NCBI GenBank assembly: GCA_950097015.1
Contig: CATNEN010000011.1
Coordinates: forward strand, 372,001-436,000
DNA length: 64,000 nt
Direction: 5' to 3'
Source: Macrostomum hystrix
Lineage: Eukaryota > Animalia > Platyhelminthes
In this document: in pieces, positions 12,001 to 23,735 of the stretch
Layout: each line of letters starts with the position of its first letter
Numbering within the stretch: position 1 is the stretch's first letter
Made by a program: the position numbers and the translations under genes
Notes under the pieces: model-generated
The model's input: only the letters and a program-made list of their open reading frames with translations
Told to the model about the DNA's origin: nothing
Databases searched by the model: none

Positions 12001-15000
12001 ACCTGACCGTGCCGAAACTCACCGAGGCCGTCTTCAAAGACTGGCGCGAACTCCTTGATGAGGTCACCGATGCTCTCGTCCGCGGAGACGGCGTGGACCT
12101 GCGCCATGATGCTCGGCCAGTCCAGCCGCAGCTTAGCCAGCCAGTCCCGTCCGAGCAGCGCCGATTCGCCCTGCGTGACGACAAGCAGCGGGAGCTGCAG
12201 CTGCTGGCTATTGTGGTTGACGGTGACCACCGCCTGGCCGATGGGGCGAAATCGTTCGTCGGTGAAGGTGCGCAGGACGGCGGTTGATGGCTTCAGTGGG
12301 AGCTGCGGCAGAAGCCTCCGCTGCAAATTCTGCGGCAATAGAGTGACAGCGGAGCCGGTGTCGATGATGAACTGGCACTGGCGCCCGTTCACTTGTAGCT
12401 GCACCGTCGGTCCTAAGCTGCCACAGGGCGGCTGGACGGTGAAAATCGGCATCTGCGACGAGGCATCCGGTGACGAAGGCGAGGTTTCCTGAAGAAGCTG
12501 CAGCTTGGGCGAGCGGCAGACCTTGCGGATGTGGCCCGTCTTGCCGCATGAATGGCATTTGGCGTCTCGCAGCTTGCAGAGTTGACGGCTGTGGGCGCCA
12601 CCACAGCTTGCGCAGGTTCCACCATTTCGGCCGTTGTCTCCGCCTTTGCCGGAGTTGCCGCTATTTCCGCCCTTGACGCTTCGTTGATGTGGAGAGTCGC
12701 CGCCGAGTGCAGCTGGAGTGGCACCTCGGCGCTGGCTCCGCTTGCCTCCATGCGTGCGCAACTGGGCGACGGCCGCCGTCGGCTTACTTGCCATCTCCTG
12801 CGAGGATCGCTCGGTTGACTCAAGGAGGAGCATTTTTTCCTGCAGCGATTTGAATGTGGGATTCACCTCCTCCAGGAGCTTCGCACGGAAGGCGTCGCTG
12901 TACAGTCCGAAGACAAGCTGGTCGCGCAGCCGCTCCTCCAATGAGTTCTGGAAGGCGCAATGAGCGGACAAGGCCTTCAAGCCAGCGACAAAGTCCGTGA
13001 AACTCTCGCCGGGTTGCTGCACGCGCCGCTGGAAACGAAATCGAGCTGCCAGCACTGAAGGCTTCGGTGCATAGTGGTCGCGCAGAATCTCAGACAGCTG
13101 GTCCAGCGTCTTGTCCGCTACCTTGTCAGGCTGGCACAGATTGCGTAGCACCGTGTAGGCCTCCGCGCCGATTGCCGTAACAAGTGTGGCCACCTTCGCC
13201 TCCTCTTTCACATCTTTGCATGTGAAGTAGTGATCTAGTCTCTCCAGATATACATCGATATCTGTGTTAGCGGAGAGCACGGGGATTCCACCTAGCGCGG
13301 AACTCGTCGCCATTTGTAATAACTTAAGACTGAAGGCTGGCCAAGAATTGATTCACAAGATCGTAGCGAGCCAGTTGGAAGTTGCGGCTCCTTATATTAT
13401 CGCTCTGTTCTATTTGACCCTAGGGCTTAGGGCACGGCTGGGCCCCGCGGGCCAGCCACCTCAACCAGCACGCAAGCCACGCGTGACACTGATAAACAAC
13501 TCAGCTTGCACTAAGAACCGACAGACATAAACAATCGATGGTAGCAAAGCCATAATACAAAGTGGTGCAGAGTGAACGCATTGAGTAACATTCAAGAGTC
13601 TATTGAATAACATCACATACTCTTACTGGGTTTAGCACGACACTTTTTTGAGCCCATGTCCTCCACTATACTAAAAATGAAATGGTTGGTTGGTTGTAAT
13701 TGATTTTCTCCCGAACGGCTCAACCGATTTTCACCATTTCTTCACCAAAAGATGCCAAATATGGGGACAATTATACACGTATTTTTATTAAGCTTAACTT
13801 TATTGCTAAAGGGATTAAATATTCGAAAAACATGATTTTTAAAAGGTCAAACCATCTTGGCCTATTGAGAATTTTACTCACTGCCACTGAATTAGAATTG
13901 CATCGTCAAATTGCGCAACAACCCCTAGCTGATTGAATTTGAAGCCTGCACTCTGGAGACAAATTGGAAATAAATGTACACAACCAACCGCAAGACTGAG
14001 TGTACTCTATTTTCTTACTTCATTGTACAAAGCCAGAACTTTGAGAATTCATTTTATAAGGCTGATTTTTGCACCCACTAACCAACAGTCGGAATAGCCG
14101 ATGTGTAGGCACCAGGAATAGGTTAGGCTAGGCTAGGGTTCGATTCTGCACTGCATCAAATCATTTAGACTAATTTTCAGCCAGTAGTGATTGAAGACTA
14201 TTTTATATCATTTTTTTCATTTCGTAAATAAAATATCATAAATCATAGCACACCGGCTAAAACAGAGTTTGAATCATGGCTAAACCAGAGTCTGAATCAT
14301 GGCTAAACCAGAGTCTGAATCATGGCTAAACCAGAGTCTGAATCATGGCTAAACCAGAGTCTGGATCATGGCTACACCAGAGTCTGAATCATGGCTAAAC
14401 CAGAGTCTGAATCATGGCTAAACCAGAGTCTGAATCAAGGCTAAACCAGAGTCTGAATCATGGCTAAACCAGAGTCTGAATCATGGCTAAACCAGAGTCT
14501 GAATCATGGCTAAACCAGAGTCTGAATCATGGCTAAACCAGAGTCTGAATCATGGCTAAACCAGAGTCTGAATCATGGCTAAACCAGAGTCTGAATCATG
14601 GCTACACCAGAGTCTGAATCATGGCTAAACCAGAGTCTGAATCATGGCTAAACCAGAGTCTGAATCATGGCTAAACCAGAGTCTGAATCATGGCTAAACC
14701 AGAGTCTGAATCATGGCTACACCAGAGTCTGAATCATGGCTAAACCAGAGTCTGAATCATGGCTAAACCAGAGTCTGAATCATGGCTACACCAGAGTCTG
14801 AATCATGGCTAAACCAGAGTCTGAATCATGGCTAAACCAGAGTCTGAATCATGGCTACACCAGAGTCTGAATCATGGCTCATAGCTAAACCAGAGTCTGA
14901 ATCATGGCTAAACCAGAGTCTGAATCATGGCTAAACCAGAGTCTGAATCATGGCTACACCAGAGTCTGAATCATGGCTAAACCAGAGTTTGAATCATAGC

Positions 15001-18000
15001 TAAACCAGCGTCTGAATCATGGCTAAACTAGATTCTGAATCATGGCTACACCAGAGTCTGAATCATGGCTAAACCAGAGTTTGAATCATAGCTAAACCAG
15101 AGTCTGAATCATGGCTACACCAGAGTTTAAATCATAGCTAAACCAGAGTCTGAATCATGGCTACACCAGAGTTTAAATCATAGCTAAACCAGAGTTTGAA
15201 TCATGGCTAAACCAGAGTCTGATTCATGGCTACACCAGAGTCTGAATCATGGCTCATAGCTAAACCAGAGTTTGAATCATAGCTAAACAAGCGTCTGAAT
15301 CATGGCAAAACCAGAGTTTGAATCATAGCTAAAACAGAGTTTGAATCATGGCTAAACCAGAGTCTGAATCATGGCTACACCAGAGTCTGAATCATGGCTA
15401 AACCAGAGTCTGAATCATGGCTAAACCAGAGTCTGAATCATGGCTAAACCAGAGTCTGAATCATGGCTAAACCAGAGTCTGAATCATGGCTAAACCAGAG
15501 TCTGAATCATGGCTAAACCAGAGTCTGAATCATGGCTACACCAGAGTCTGAATCATGGCTACACCAGAGTCTGAATCATGGCTAAACCAGAGTCTGAATC
15601 ATGGCTAAATCAGAGTCTGGATCATGGCTAAACCAGAGTCTGAATCATGGCTAAACCAGAGTCTGAATCATGGCTAAACCAGAGTCTGAATCATGGCTAA
15701 ACCAGAGTCTGAATCATGGCTACACCAGAGTCTAAATCATGGCTAAACCAGAGTCTGAATCAAGGCTAAACCAGAGTCTGGATCATGGCTAAACCAGAGT
15801 CTGAATCATGGCTAAACCAGAGTCTGAATCATGGCTAAACCAGAGTTTGAATCATGGCTAAACCAGAGTCTGAATCATGGCTAAACCAGAGTCTGAATCA
15901 TGGCTAAACCAGAGTTTGAATCATAGCTAAACCAGAGTCTGAATCATGGCTAAACCAGAGTCTGAATCATGGCTACACCAGAGTCTGAATCATGGCTAAA
16001 CCAGAGTCTGAATCATGGCTACACCAGAGTCTGAATCATAGCTAAACCAGAGTCTGAATCATGGCTAAACCAGAGTCAGAATCATGGCTAAACCAGAGTC
16101 TGAATCATGGCTAAACCAGAGTTTGAATCATAGCTAAACCAGAGTCTGAATCATGGCTACACCAGAGTTTAAATCATAGCTAAACCAGAGTTTGAATCAT
16201 GGCTAAACCAGAGTCTGAATCATGGCTCATAGCTAAACCAGAGTTTGAATCATAGCTAAACAAGCGTCTGAATCATGGCAAAACCAGAGTTTGAATCATA
16301 GCTAAAACAGAGTTTGAATCATGGCTAAACCAGAGTCTGAATCATGGCTACACCAGAGTCTGAATCATGGCTACACCAGAGTCTGAATCATGGCTCATAG
16401 CTAAACCAGAGTCTGAATCATGGCTAAACCAGAGTCTGAATCATGGCTAAACCAGAGTCTGAATCATGGCTACACCAGAGTCTGAATCATGGCTAAACCA
16501 GAGTTTAAATCATAGCTAAACCTGCGTCTGAATCATGGCTAAACCAGAGTTTGAATCATAGCTAAACCAGCGTCTGAATCATGGCTAAACTAGATTCTGA
16601 ATCATGGCTAAACCAGAGTTTGAATCATGGCTAAACCAGAGTTTGAATCATGGCAAAACCAGAGTTTGAATCATGGCTAACCCAGCGTTTGAATCATTGC
16701 TAAACCAGAACTGGTGGATAATCGTCAACTGGGGGATCATGGTAAACTGGGGGATAATTGTCAACTGGGGGATCATTGTCAACTGGAGGATCATTGGCAA
16801 CTGGGGGATAATTGTCAACTGGGGGATAATTGTCACGGGGAAACATCACCAAATGCGGAATCATAATCAACTAGGGGATCATTGTCAACTAGGGGATCAT
16901 GTTCAACTGCGGGAACATTGTCAACTGGGATCACCATCAATGGGGGATCATAGTCAACTGAGAGATAATTGTCAACTGGAGGATCATTGTCAACGGGGGG
17001 ATAGTTGTCAACTGGGGGATAATTGTCAACTGGGGAGTCATCATCGAATGCGGGATCATGGTTAACTGGGGGATAATTGTCAACTGGGGGATCATTGTCA
17101 ACTGGGAGATCATTGTCAATGTCAACTGGGGGATCATTGTCAACTGGGGATCATTGTCAACTGGGGGTTTATCATCACCCGGAGGATCATTGTGAACTGG
17201 GGGGATCATTGTCAACTTGTTGATCATCATCAACTGGGGGATCATTGTCAACTGTGGGAACATTGTCAACTGGGGGAACGTTGTCAACTGGAGATTATCA
17301 TCAATGGGGAGTCATCATTAACTGGGGGATCATTGTCAACTGCGTGATCATCATCAATTGGGGGATTATTGTCAACTCGGGGATCATTGTCAGCTGTGGG
17401 AACATTGTCAACTGGGGATCATCATCAATGGGGAGTCATCATTAACTGGGGGATCATTGTCAACTGCGTGATCATCATCAATTGAGGGATTATTGTCAAC
17501 TGGGGGATCATAATCAACTGCGTGATCATCATCAATTGGGGGATTATTGTCAACGGGGGGATCATTGTCAACTGGGGGATCATTGTCAACTGGGGGATTA
17601 TTGTCAACTGGGGGATCTTTATCAACTGGGGGATCATTGTCAACTGATCATTGTAGCGTAAAAAGGCTGAAAATGCAGCTGCTAAAAAGTGTATACTGGA
17701 CGAAATCAAAATATTTCTGCTCCCCGAAGGGGGGCAAAACTTGCTAGTTTGTTACTGAAAACGAAACTAAAGTGCTGGGCATCGAAGCGTATTACAGGCG
17801 TAAAATTTGATTTGTCTAGTGGTTTCGAAGCGTTTCGGTGTTCAAATTAGCGAAATTTTCAAAGTCGCTTTGCAGAGTGTCGCTTGTCGCTTGTAATGTG
17901 CACATTTTTCCCGACACAAGTTGCCACTTTATACTTTTTATCCTGTCTCTCCTCAAGCAAGCCATTCTTTCGTTCATCTTTCTAATTTATCCTTTCCTTT

Positions 18001-19561
18001 GGAGTTTCAGTCCGAAATTCCTTTATGTCTCTCTATGACTACCAGTTGGTTGTAACAACGCCAGCTTGACCTAGAAACAATTTTATAAACCAAAACAACA
18101 CAACCAAGCTGTCTCTGGGACATTTATACAGTTCACGGCTGTATATCCGATACTTTTCTTTCGCGAGACAGTCCGATAAACCACAGAACTTTAGTAGGTG
18201 CCGTTTTTAATCAAGGCTACCGTACGAATTTACATCTTGCAAATAGCGCGCTAAAAAGATGACCGGCGATACTGGACGAAAGTCAAGCCTAGTTAACATT
18301 CGCACTTCCTATTAGTCCACCCTGGCTTATATAGCGTCTTAGCAACAGCCACTGATCGCTTTCCTCACCATCAGCGGCGTCTGTCCGAACTGGTCCGGCA
18401 GGTCCGGGTGCCGCACAAACGGCAGCAGCCTGGGCACCACATTGTGATAGCCGAATCGGCAGGCCAGTCCCAGAGGAGTCTCCCTGTACCGATTCGGTCT
18501 GTGCGTATCAGCTCCAGCCTTCACCAGCAGGTGCACCAGGTTGGGCCGATTCAGCTGCACTGCGTACATTAGGGCGGTGCAGCCACACCTGCGGTAACGG
18601 TGAGGTGACGGATTTCAGGTGATGGGTGCTGAGGTGATGGATTTCAGGTGATGGGTGCTGAGGTGATGGGTTCTGAGGTGATGGGTTCTGAGGTGATGGG
18701 TTCTGAGGTGATGGGTGCTGAGGTGATGGGTGCTGAGGTGATGGGTGCTGAGGTGATGAGTGCTGAGGTGATGGTTGCTGAGGTGATGGGTGCTGAGGTG
18801 ATGGGTGCTGAGGTGATGGTTGCTGAGGTGATGGGTGCTGAGGTGATGGGTGCTGAGGTGATGGTTGCTGAGGTGATGGGTGCTGAGGTGATGGGTGCTG
18901 AGGTGATGGTTGCTGAGGTGATGGGTGCTGAGGTGATGGGTGCTGAGGTGATGGTTGCTGAGGTGATGGATTTCATGTAACGGGAGCTGAGTTGATAGGT
19001 GATGACGTGATGGTAAACCATGCTAAACTGCGTGTTAAAAATGCAAATATTGAAGCAATGCTAGCTAGGTCATCTACCTGTCCACCTCGTTCATAGCCAC
19101 TCCGTGATCCAGCAGCAATCGGACATTGTTAACCTTGCCTTCGATGGTGGCCCAATGCAAGGCGTTGCGGCCAGACATGTCGGCCAGTTGAGCGTCGGCG
19201 TCCCTGGCCAGCAGCAGGCGCAGCAGCTCGCAGTTGTCCTGCCTGGCGGCCAGCATCAACCCGGTCATGCCGTCTGGTGTTCTCGCATTCTGAGCCACGT
19301 GGTCCTTCAGCGCCTCGGCTGCTTTAGTGCGGCCCAGGCGGCAGGCCAGGAGGAAGGCGGCATTCAGGGCCTCGGCTGGCAGGCTCTGTTGCGCTAGCTT
19401 CCCGCTGAGCAACTCCTCAATCTTGGCCACAGCGCCGATGCTAACATAGCCAAGCAGCTCGGCGCGGAGAGCGTGCGAGTTCATCAGTTTATCTTGGCCT
19501 GGATTGAGCTCTGTGCCGCTGGGATCTTCGCAACGCCTCTTCTTTGAGGCCTCCAGTCTAG
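6002..19561 (-). CDS. Ankyrin-repeat and SOCS-box (ASB-like) protein, at least about 700 aa; 5' end unresolved
   Basis: Exons (minus): 19561-19078, 18588-18369, 8943-8454, 8321-7923, 7429-7071, 6232-6002. All phases match. Ankyrin motifs: GMTGLMLAA, GRNALHWA, TALMYAVQ, ETPLGLAC, and GQTPLM|VACQHN joined across a 9.4-kb intron. C-terminal SOCS-box-like PFSLRHLARTAARRVL...LRLPL. AATAAA on minus at 5827-5832. First in-frame ATG at 19484. Confidence 0.8.
7521..7858 (-). mobile_element. tRNA-derived SINE, family A, copy 2 (near full length)
   Basis: Reverse-complement match to copy 1; it shares the 3' end (gcccgcagccctcctg) with the copy at 34477. Confidence 0.78.
8982..13617 (-). mobile_element. 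Full-length Ty3/gypsy LTR retrotransposon, Mag-like clade
   Basis: 303-bp LTRs at 8982-9284 and 13315-13617 (TG...CA), differing at one base. 5-bp TSD TACTC at 8977-8981 and 13618-13622. PBS TGGCGACGAG next to the 5' LTR; polypurine tract AGAGGGGAGA next to the 3' LTR. Confidence 0.97.
9312..13313 (-). CDS. Single-frame Gag-Pol polyprotein (1333 aa)
   Basis: Two Zn knuckles (CASCGGAHSRQLC, CHSCGKTGHIRKVC), protease IDTGS, RT (ICGDYK, FVDD), RNase H (CDAS, TDH), integrase (H-H-C-C, VDFAG, SDNG, AERF). No stops or frameshifts. Confidence 0.97.
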   Translation of the reverse strand: MATSSALGGIPVLSANTDIDVYLERLDHYFTCKDVKEEAKVATLVTAIGAEAYTVLRNLCQPDKVADKTLDQLSEILRDHYAPKPSVLAARFRFQRRVQQPGESFTDFVAGLKALSAHCAFQNSLEERLRDQLVFGLYSDAFRAKLLEEVNPTFKSLQEKMLLLESTERSSQEMASKPTAAVAQLRTHGGKRSQRRGATPAALGGDSPHQRSVKGGNSGNSGKGGDNGRNGGTCASCGGAHSRQLCKLRDAKCHSCGKTGHIRKVCRSPKLQLLQETSPSSPDASSQMPIFTVQPPCGSLGPTVQLQVNGRQCQFIIDTGSAVTLLPQNLQRRLLPQLPLKPSTAVLRTFTDERFRPIGQAVVTVNHNSQQLQLPLLVVTQGESALLGRDWLAKLRLDWPSIMAQVHAVSADESIGDLIKEFAPVFEDGLGEFRHGQVRLQVSDDAQPKFFKARPVPYALRERVDAELQRMEASGIITAVKHSYWAAPIVPVVKKDGSVRICGDYKLTYNQASRPEHYPLPRIEDLFAKLGGGCKWSKLDLSNAFLQLPLAEDSKAFLTINTPRGLFQVNRLPFGISSASAIFQRTLDTLLGDLDAVQVFVDDILVTGRTLQQHKKNLALALQRLQGAGLRLNKSKCQFFKDSVEYLGHRIDANGLSPLPDRVAAVQDAPAPTDVSQLRSFLGMLAQYGKFLPNLSTVLAPLHQLLVKNTRWSWERPQQQAFAEAKRLLLRSPVLVHYSPDLPLRLECDASPYGLGVVLTHRIGDKDCAVAFASRSLTTAQRGYSQLDKEALAIMFGLDRFHQFLYGRRFTIVTDHLPLLGLLGERKGIPAHAAARMQRWAIRLASYDYALEFRPTEKHANCDSLSRLPLPQLFEEEAAVNSLLLDEGAGSAVTAQTVARHTRTDASLGRVLRCLQTGAPIGAELSDYARRQTELSVDQGCVLWGARVVVPAALRDHVIQELHQAHPGTSRMRALARSYVWWPGIDGDLEAATKTCRTCQLNQPDPPKAPVQPWPFPSEPWERLHVDFAGPVDGHVYLVVVDAHSKWPEVVRMRCTTAAATIVSLPEIFARQGIPRTLVSDNGPQFASAEFAEFTRANGIRHVFSAPFHPATNGQAERFVQVLKRHLLKSGHSDAELQRLLLGYRNTPHSVSGVAPSQLLIGRRLRCRLDLLAPSLADDVRQRQEQLLPSRKAAREFQTGDRVLFRDFSAGARAGDTPRWAEGVIKGAGSRNCIVDSQRGQHMRHADQLVAARADGFDLDIADAGQPLTDGGGDATLGTGGARATPDTVASGATSGEAAPEPADGPESNARRDATNPRRYPLRARGPPERLQL
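13660..13960 (+). mobile_element. Possible degenerate non-autonomous Helitron-derived fragment
   Basis: ctatactaaaa...ggttggttggttg...aacggctcaaccgattttcacca resembles the 5' region of the Helitron at 44998 (aaaccgctcaaccaaatcgcacca). The ends are not defined. Confidence 0.3.
14262..16710. repeat. 23-bp satellite (gctaaaccagagtctgaatcatg), about 105 units, in the long ASB-like intron
   Basis: Homogeneous tandem array with diagnostic variants (ctacacc, gagtttg, 7-bp catagct insertion). Confidence 0.97.
16712..17646. repeat. 18-bp minisatellite (gtcaactgggggatcatt), irregular
   Basis: Tandem periodicity; directly abuts the 23-bp array. Confidence 0.93.
18601..18975. repeat. 15-bp minisatellite (gaggtgatgggtgct), about 25 units, filling most of an ASB-like intron
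   Basis: Tandem periodicity inside intron 18589-19077. Confidence 0.95.
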
Positions 19562-20279
19562 CTGGAAAAAAAATATGAAAATCCTAAATGTGGCGCCGTC
19601 TAAACTATGCTCATGATCATTAACCATATCTGCGGTACTGTACGTGTGCTAAACTAATGTACTTGTTGTTTGTAGTGTCCACGTGCGGCACGTGACTCTG
19701 ATTTATTGCTCTATATGTACATCATGTTGTGGGTGGCACGTTGCCGTCAGGCATGTCCAAAAATAATATAAAGGGCAGAGTGGCCATCAGCTAGGTTTGA
19801 GCTTCTCGGCTGAGCCATATCCTAAAACAAGAGTTCTCTTCGTTACTAATGGCGCAACACTAAAAAATAACATACCACGAAAAATGAAAAAGAAAAATAC
19901 CACTTGTAGATTTTAAGACCCCTGTCTTTGCCTATAGCATAAGCCTGAATTGATGACTATAAGCCTGAATTGATGACTTTAAGCCTGAATTGATTGACTT
20001 TAGGCCTGAAATGATTTAAAAAGAGACAAGCCAATCCTGGCTAAGTTATTACTGGAGCTACAAAAGTTTATTTGCAGAATTTTGCTTTGTGATTGGATAT
20101 ACTAAAAATACTATAATCATTGTTTTGCATTGGCTTTTTGGTTTTTATTTTTAACCTTAACTTACAAAATATTTATTACAAGTTTGCTGCCATCTGTCAT
20201 CATTGTCATGGTATCTTATTCAGATACATTTGGATACCAACAAAAGGCTTTTAGGCCCTTACTATAATAAATATGAGTA

Positions 20280-20946
20280 GGGTAATGTATCATCAACCAA
20301 ACAAGAATGTGTATTTTTTTAACTTCAAACCTAAGCTACAGATTTTCTATTTAAGATATGATGATAAATCAAAAGCCAAGTTATAGAAAACAGTTACATC
20401 TTTCTAAAAAGTATCTGCTTTTGCTATTTTATCAAATAGAAAAAAGTTATTCCTGCTTTTTATCTAAAACCGAAAAATGATTTTCATGTATCTTAAAACC
20501 AAACAGAGAATTTGATGTTTGGATTTACAATTTGAGTGAGTGGTTTAATCTTATTTTAAGGAGTGAACTATCATGAATTATGTAATTTGAAAGCATTTTT
20601 CATGCTCTATAAATAAAATAACTATATTTATGGTCATTTAATTGGCAAGCAACCACATACAATATTCGTCTAAAGTATATACTGAAAAAATGTTGTTAAA
20701 AAGTATGCTTTTACAATAAAAATTTCTACTGAAACATCAATATCTTTCTTTCCTCTTAATGCTTCATTGCACATCATGCCTCAGCTTGTAGATAATTTCT
20801 TCAACTTTCAAATTAGTTGTTCTGTGAAACACAATAGCTTGTTTCTGTCTTGCACGAGACCAAGGTGAAAGGAAGGAAGGTAAGGAAGGAGTCAAAATTC
20901 TTGTTCGGTTTTGAAGATACACTGTTTGGTTGATGATACACGACCC
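20280..20946. mobile_element. MITE family 1, copy 1 (TA|GGG...CCC|TA)
   Basis: About 24-bp TIR GGGTAATGTATCATCAACCAAACA, TA on both sides, non-coding. Homologous to 48445-49087 and 53619-54272. Confidence 0.9.
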
Positions 20947-23735
20947 TAATCTTCAAGTAGGTCCCCTTGACTTTATTAAAGTTTCGTCCTATGCACTAGC
21001 AAATCTATTTAACTATTTCCCACAAATATAACAACCAACAAAACATTTTCTTCTAAAATTCCTTATTCTCTATCACACTAAATGTGGTTATCCTATGGGC
21101 TGTGACAGAGAGCTATTCTATAGAAAGTGGCTATAGCTGAAACAAAAACTTTTTTCTTTTTTGAAATAAGAACCCTTAAAATTAAAAACCTTTATAGAGA
21201 CCTTTATAGATTCATGAACCTACCAAAATGGATACTATTTTATTGGATAAAAGTTCAGGAAGCCCAGCAATCATATAGGCCTGGAAAATTTAAGCAATTG
21301 CATTTGACATTTCAAATACATTTTTCTTTTGTTTGTTATTTCTTTTATATGCATGGAAATCGTATTAGTGTAGCTCGTGTAGCATAGTATAGATTTTTGT
21401 TTTTCCAACATTGGTGCTTTGTTGTAGCAATAGCTAGCTTATCAGCATACTTGCATAATGGTGAAATGTACCACAATGTATGCCTACTGGGCTTTTGGCC
21501 ATGATGGTATTTACAAGTTATGGTACATGGATTTTCCTTGTCTATTTTAATGTTGACAAGTGATCCACCAAGCTGGGTTAAAAAGTAATTAGAGTTGGAA
21601 ATGGAATGGGAAATGGAATAGAAACATTACTGACATAGATAATAGCCTATTTGAGCTATTATTAGGCTACATGCTAGAATTACTCATGTAGTAGTGCAGT
21701 TGCGTTGCTGCTTTTGTAAAAATTTAACTTGTGGGTCCATAGCTTTTATTTATTTGTTCCACTACAAATAGGTGTAAGTGAAACTATAACAATACGCATT
21801 GAAGTTTAATTATAACAATTAACATTAGGCCTAGTAACTGTCTTAGTTACAACAAGGCTAGGCCTTTAGACTAGGCCTATCTTGCTAGTAAAGATAAAAA
21901 TTAACTTGACTACAATATTTAAATAGACGGAACTAGCTAGAGAACTTATGACTATCATTTCCAGCTCCGAGGACAAATTTTTATGCTTGCGTCTTTAAAT
22001 ATACATTTTAATTCTTCAATGCACCTGGCCATGCAGCTGCAGTGAAACAGAGATTCAACCAATACAATAATATAATTTTTTTAAGGGATGCTTGCCTTGG
22101 AAAGCAACAAAGTTAAAAAGAAGTATTTTTAAAAGAAGTATATTACGACGATAGTTACTGTCTAAGCTACACTCACTCCACTCACTTTCACTTAGTACAA
22201 TCATGTTCATAATTGAAATTTAGATCATTTAATTATTGAATATCTCTTATCACAATAAAATGTTTACGACGTTTATATTTCTCTAGGCTCTATTAGAAAT
22301 ATTAAATATTTTTTCAAATAAATTTTATGATAAAGTTTTTTATTATCAGTTGACACTCATTCCAGAGCTTATATTAGTTTATCCAGCTCCTCTTAAATTT
22401 TCAAACAGTCTAAATAATTATCGTGCGATAGTTCATACTTGAAGATCGGTTGCTTGGTCTTAATGGCTGACAATTTATTCCATCTAAAAAACTATGCTTA
22501 CCTTCAAGCATTATAAATTACGGTAGCTTTGCCTTAGATAATTTGATAAAATTTTATTTTTATAGGTGTACTAAATATTTTTATCAGCAATGATGGCGTG
22601 TACATGAACTGCATCATCAATCACCTGCAAATGTTTTGCTTTGGGTCGAAGAATGCACGGTTTCTCTTTCTAAATGTCATTTTTTATTGTCACAACAGTT
22701 TTATCGTATTCATGCCATGCATAGGTAAGGCAAGAAGAATAATTTGAAACTGTGTAATTATTTTTACGGTCGAGTTTATACAACAACACTGTATTATGGT
22801 ATTGTATTGCACTGTATTGTACCGAGCAGGCATGCAATACAGAACAGTACTGTACATACTTATATTACATATATATACAGTATAGGGAATAACGCTTAGC
22901 AACTTCTGTTCTCGATTTACATGATAAATTAGTAAATTGTGCACATATGATTAACAAATGGAGAGTGAAAAGCATGAACTCAAGTGTAATAGCAATGGAT
23001 GGCTTTTTGATTATCAGATATTTATATTGATGATAAAAACAAGTTCTATAGTTTGAATAATCAAATCTTTATTAGTATATGCATTAATAAAGAGCGCTAC
23101 AAATTAAATTAAGCTAGTATATATGTCCGGACTAGTAAGATATAATACACGAGTATGCTGTGGAAACGAACCCAGATGTTGATTCTCCAACAAAAAACTG
23201 GGTGGTTTATCACACTCTTTAAAGATAATGCAAAACCGATTAGCAAACATAATTCACTGCTTATGTGCAGCCATTATCATGTTGCCTACGTAAGTTTGGC
23301 ACCAGAGTGGCTTTTCTCATCGCCTGGCAAGCAAAATTTCGAATATCTGGCCAACTTTTATCGACCTTCTGTACAGTCAATTACTGCAGGACATGCGAGC
23401 TAGCTTATGCCTGCTTGCTGTACACCAATCAAATGGAAGTGGTAAATTCATTATTTTTAGAAATATCTAGCTAGCTGAGCGCAAAAGCTACAGTGTATAT
23501 ATTGTGCCGCAATAAAAAGGAGGAACCGATTCCTACCAGTCGAGACTCTTCAGAAAAATCCTAAGTCCAGAGTGACATATTTGCGTAAGTGGACAAATAT
23601 TTGCTATCACTTTCTTGCATAATGTACGCTATGAAACAAAAACGTGCCTAACATTAGCTATAACGAGCCTTAGTGCTTCTAGTAAGGTAAGGTATAGGTA
23701 CTAAACGAACTTACGAGTATATTACCAGCAGATCA

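Noticed and set aside
9332-13530. Many overlapping and antisense ORFs in the retrotransposon, including LTR ORFs 8937..9197 and 13264..13530
   Set aside because: They are shadow ORFs of GC-rich gag-pol with no recognisable domains; no env-like ORF fits between pol and the 3' LTR.
14262-17646. CRISPR-like appearance of the long short-unit arrays
   Set aside because: The units are contiguous with no unique spacers, there are no cas genes, and the context is a eukaryotic intron.
16648-19021. Repetitive ORFs (MIPQLT, IVNWGI, EVMGA, ITSAP)
   Set aside because: These are translations of 18-bp and 15-bp intronic arrays whose unit length is a multiple of 3.
19679-19696. Two adjacent CACGTG E-boxes upstream of the first identified ASB-like exon
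   Set aside because: The TSS is unknown and two hexamers alone are insufficient to call a regulatory element.
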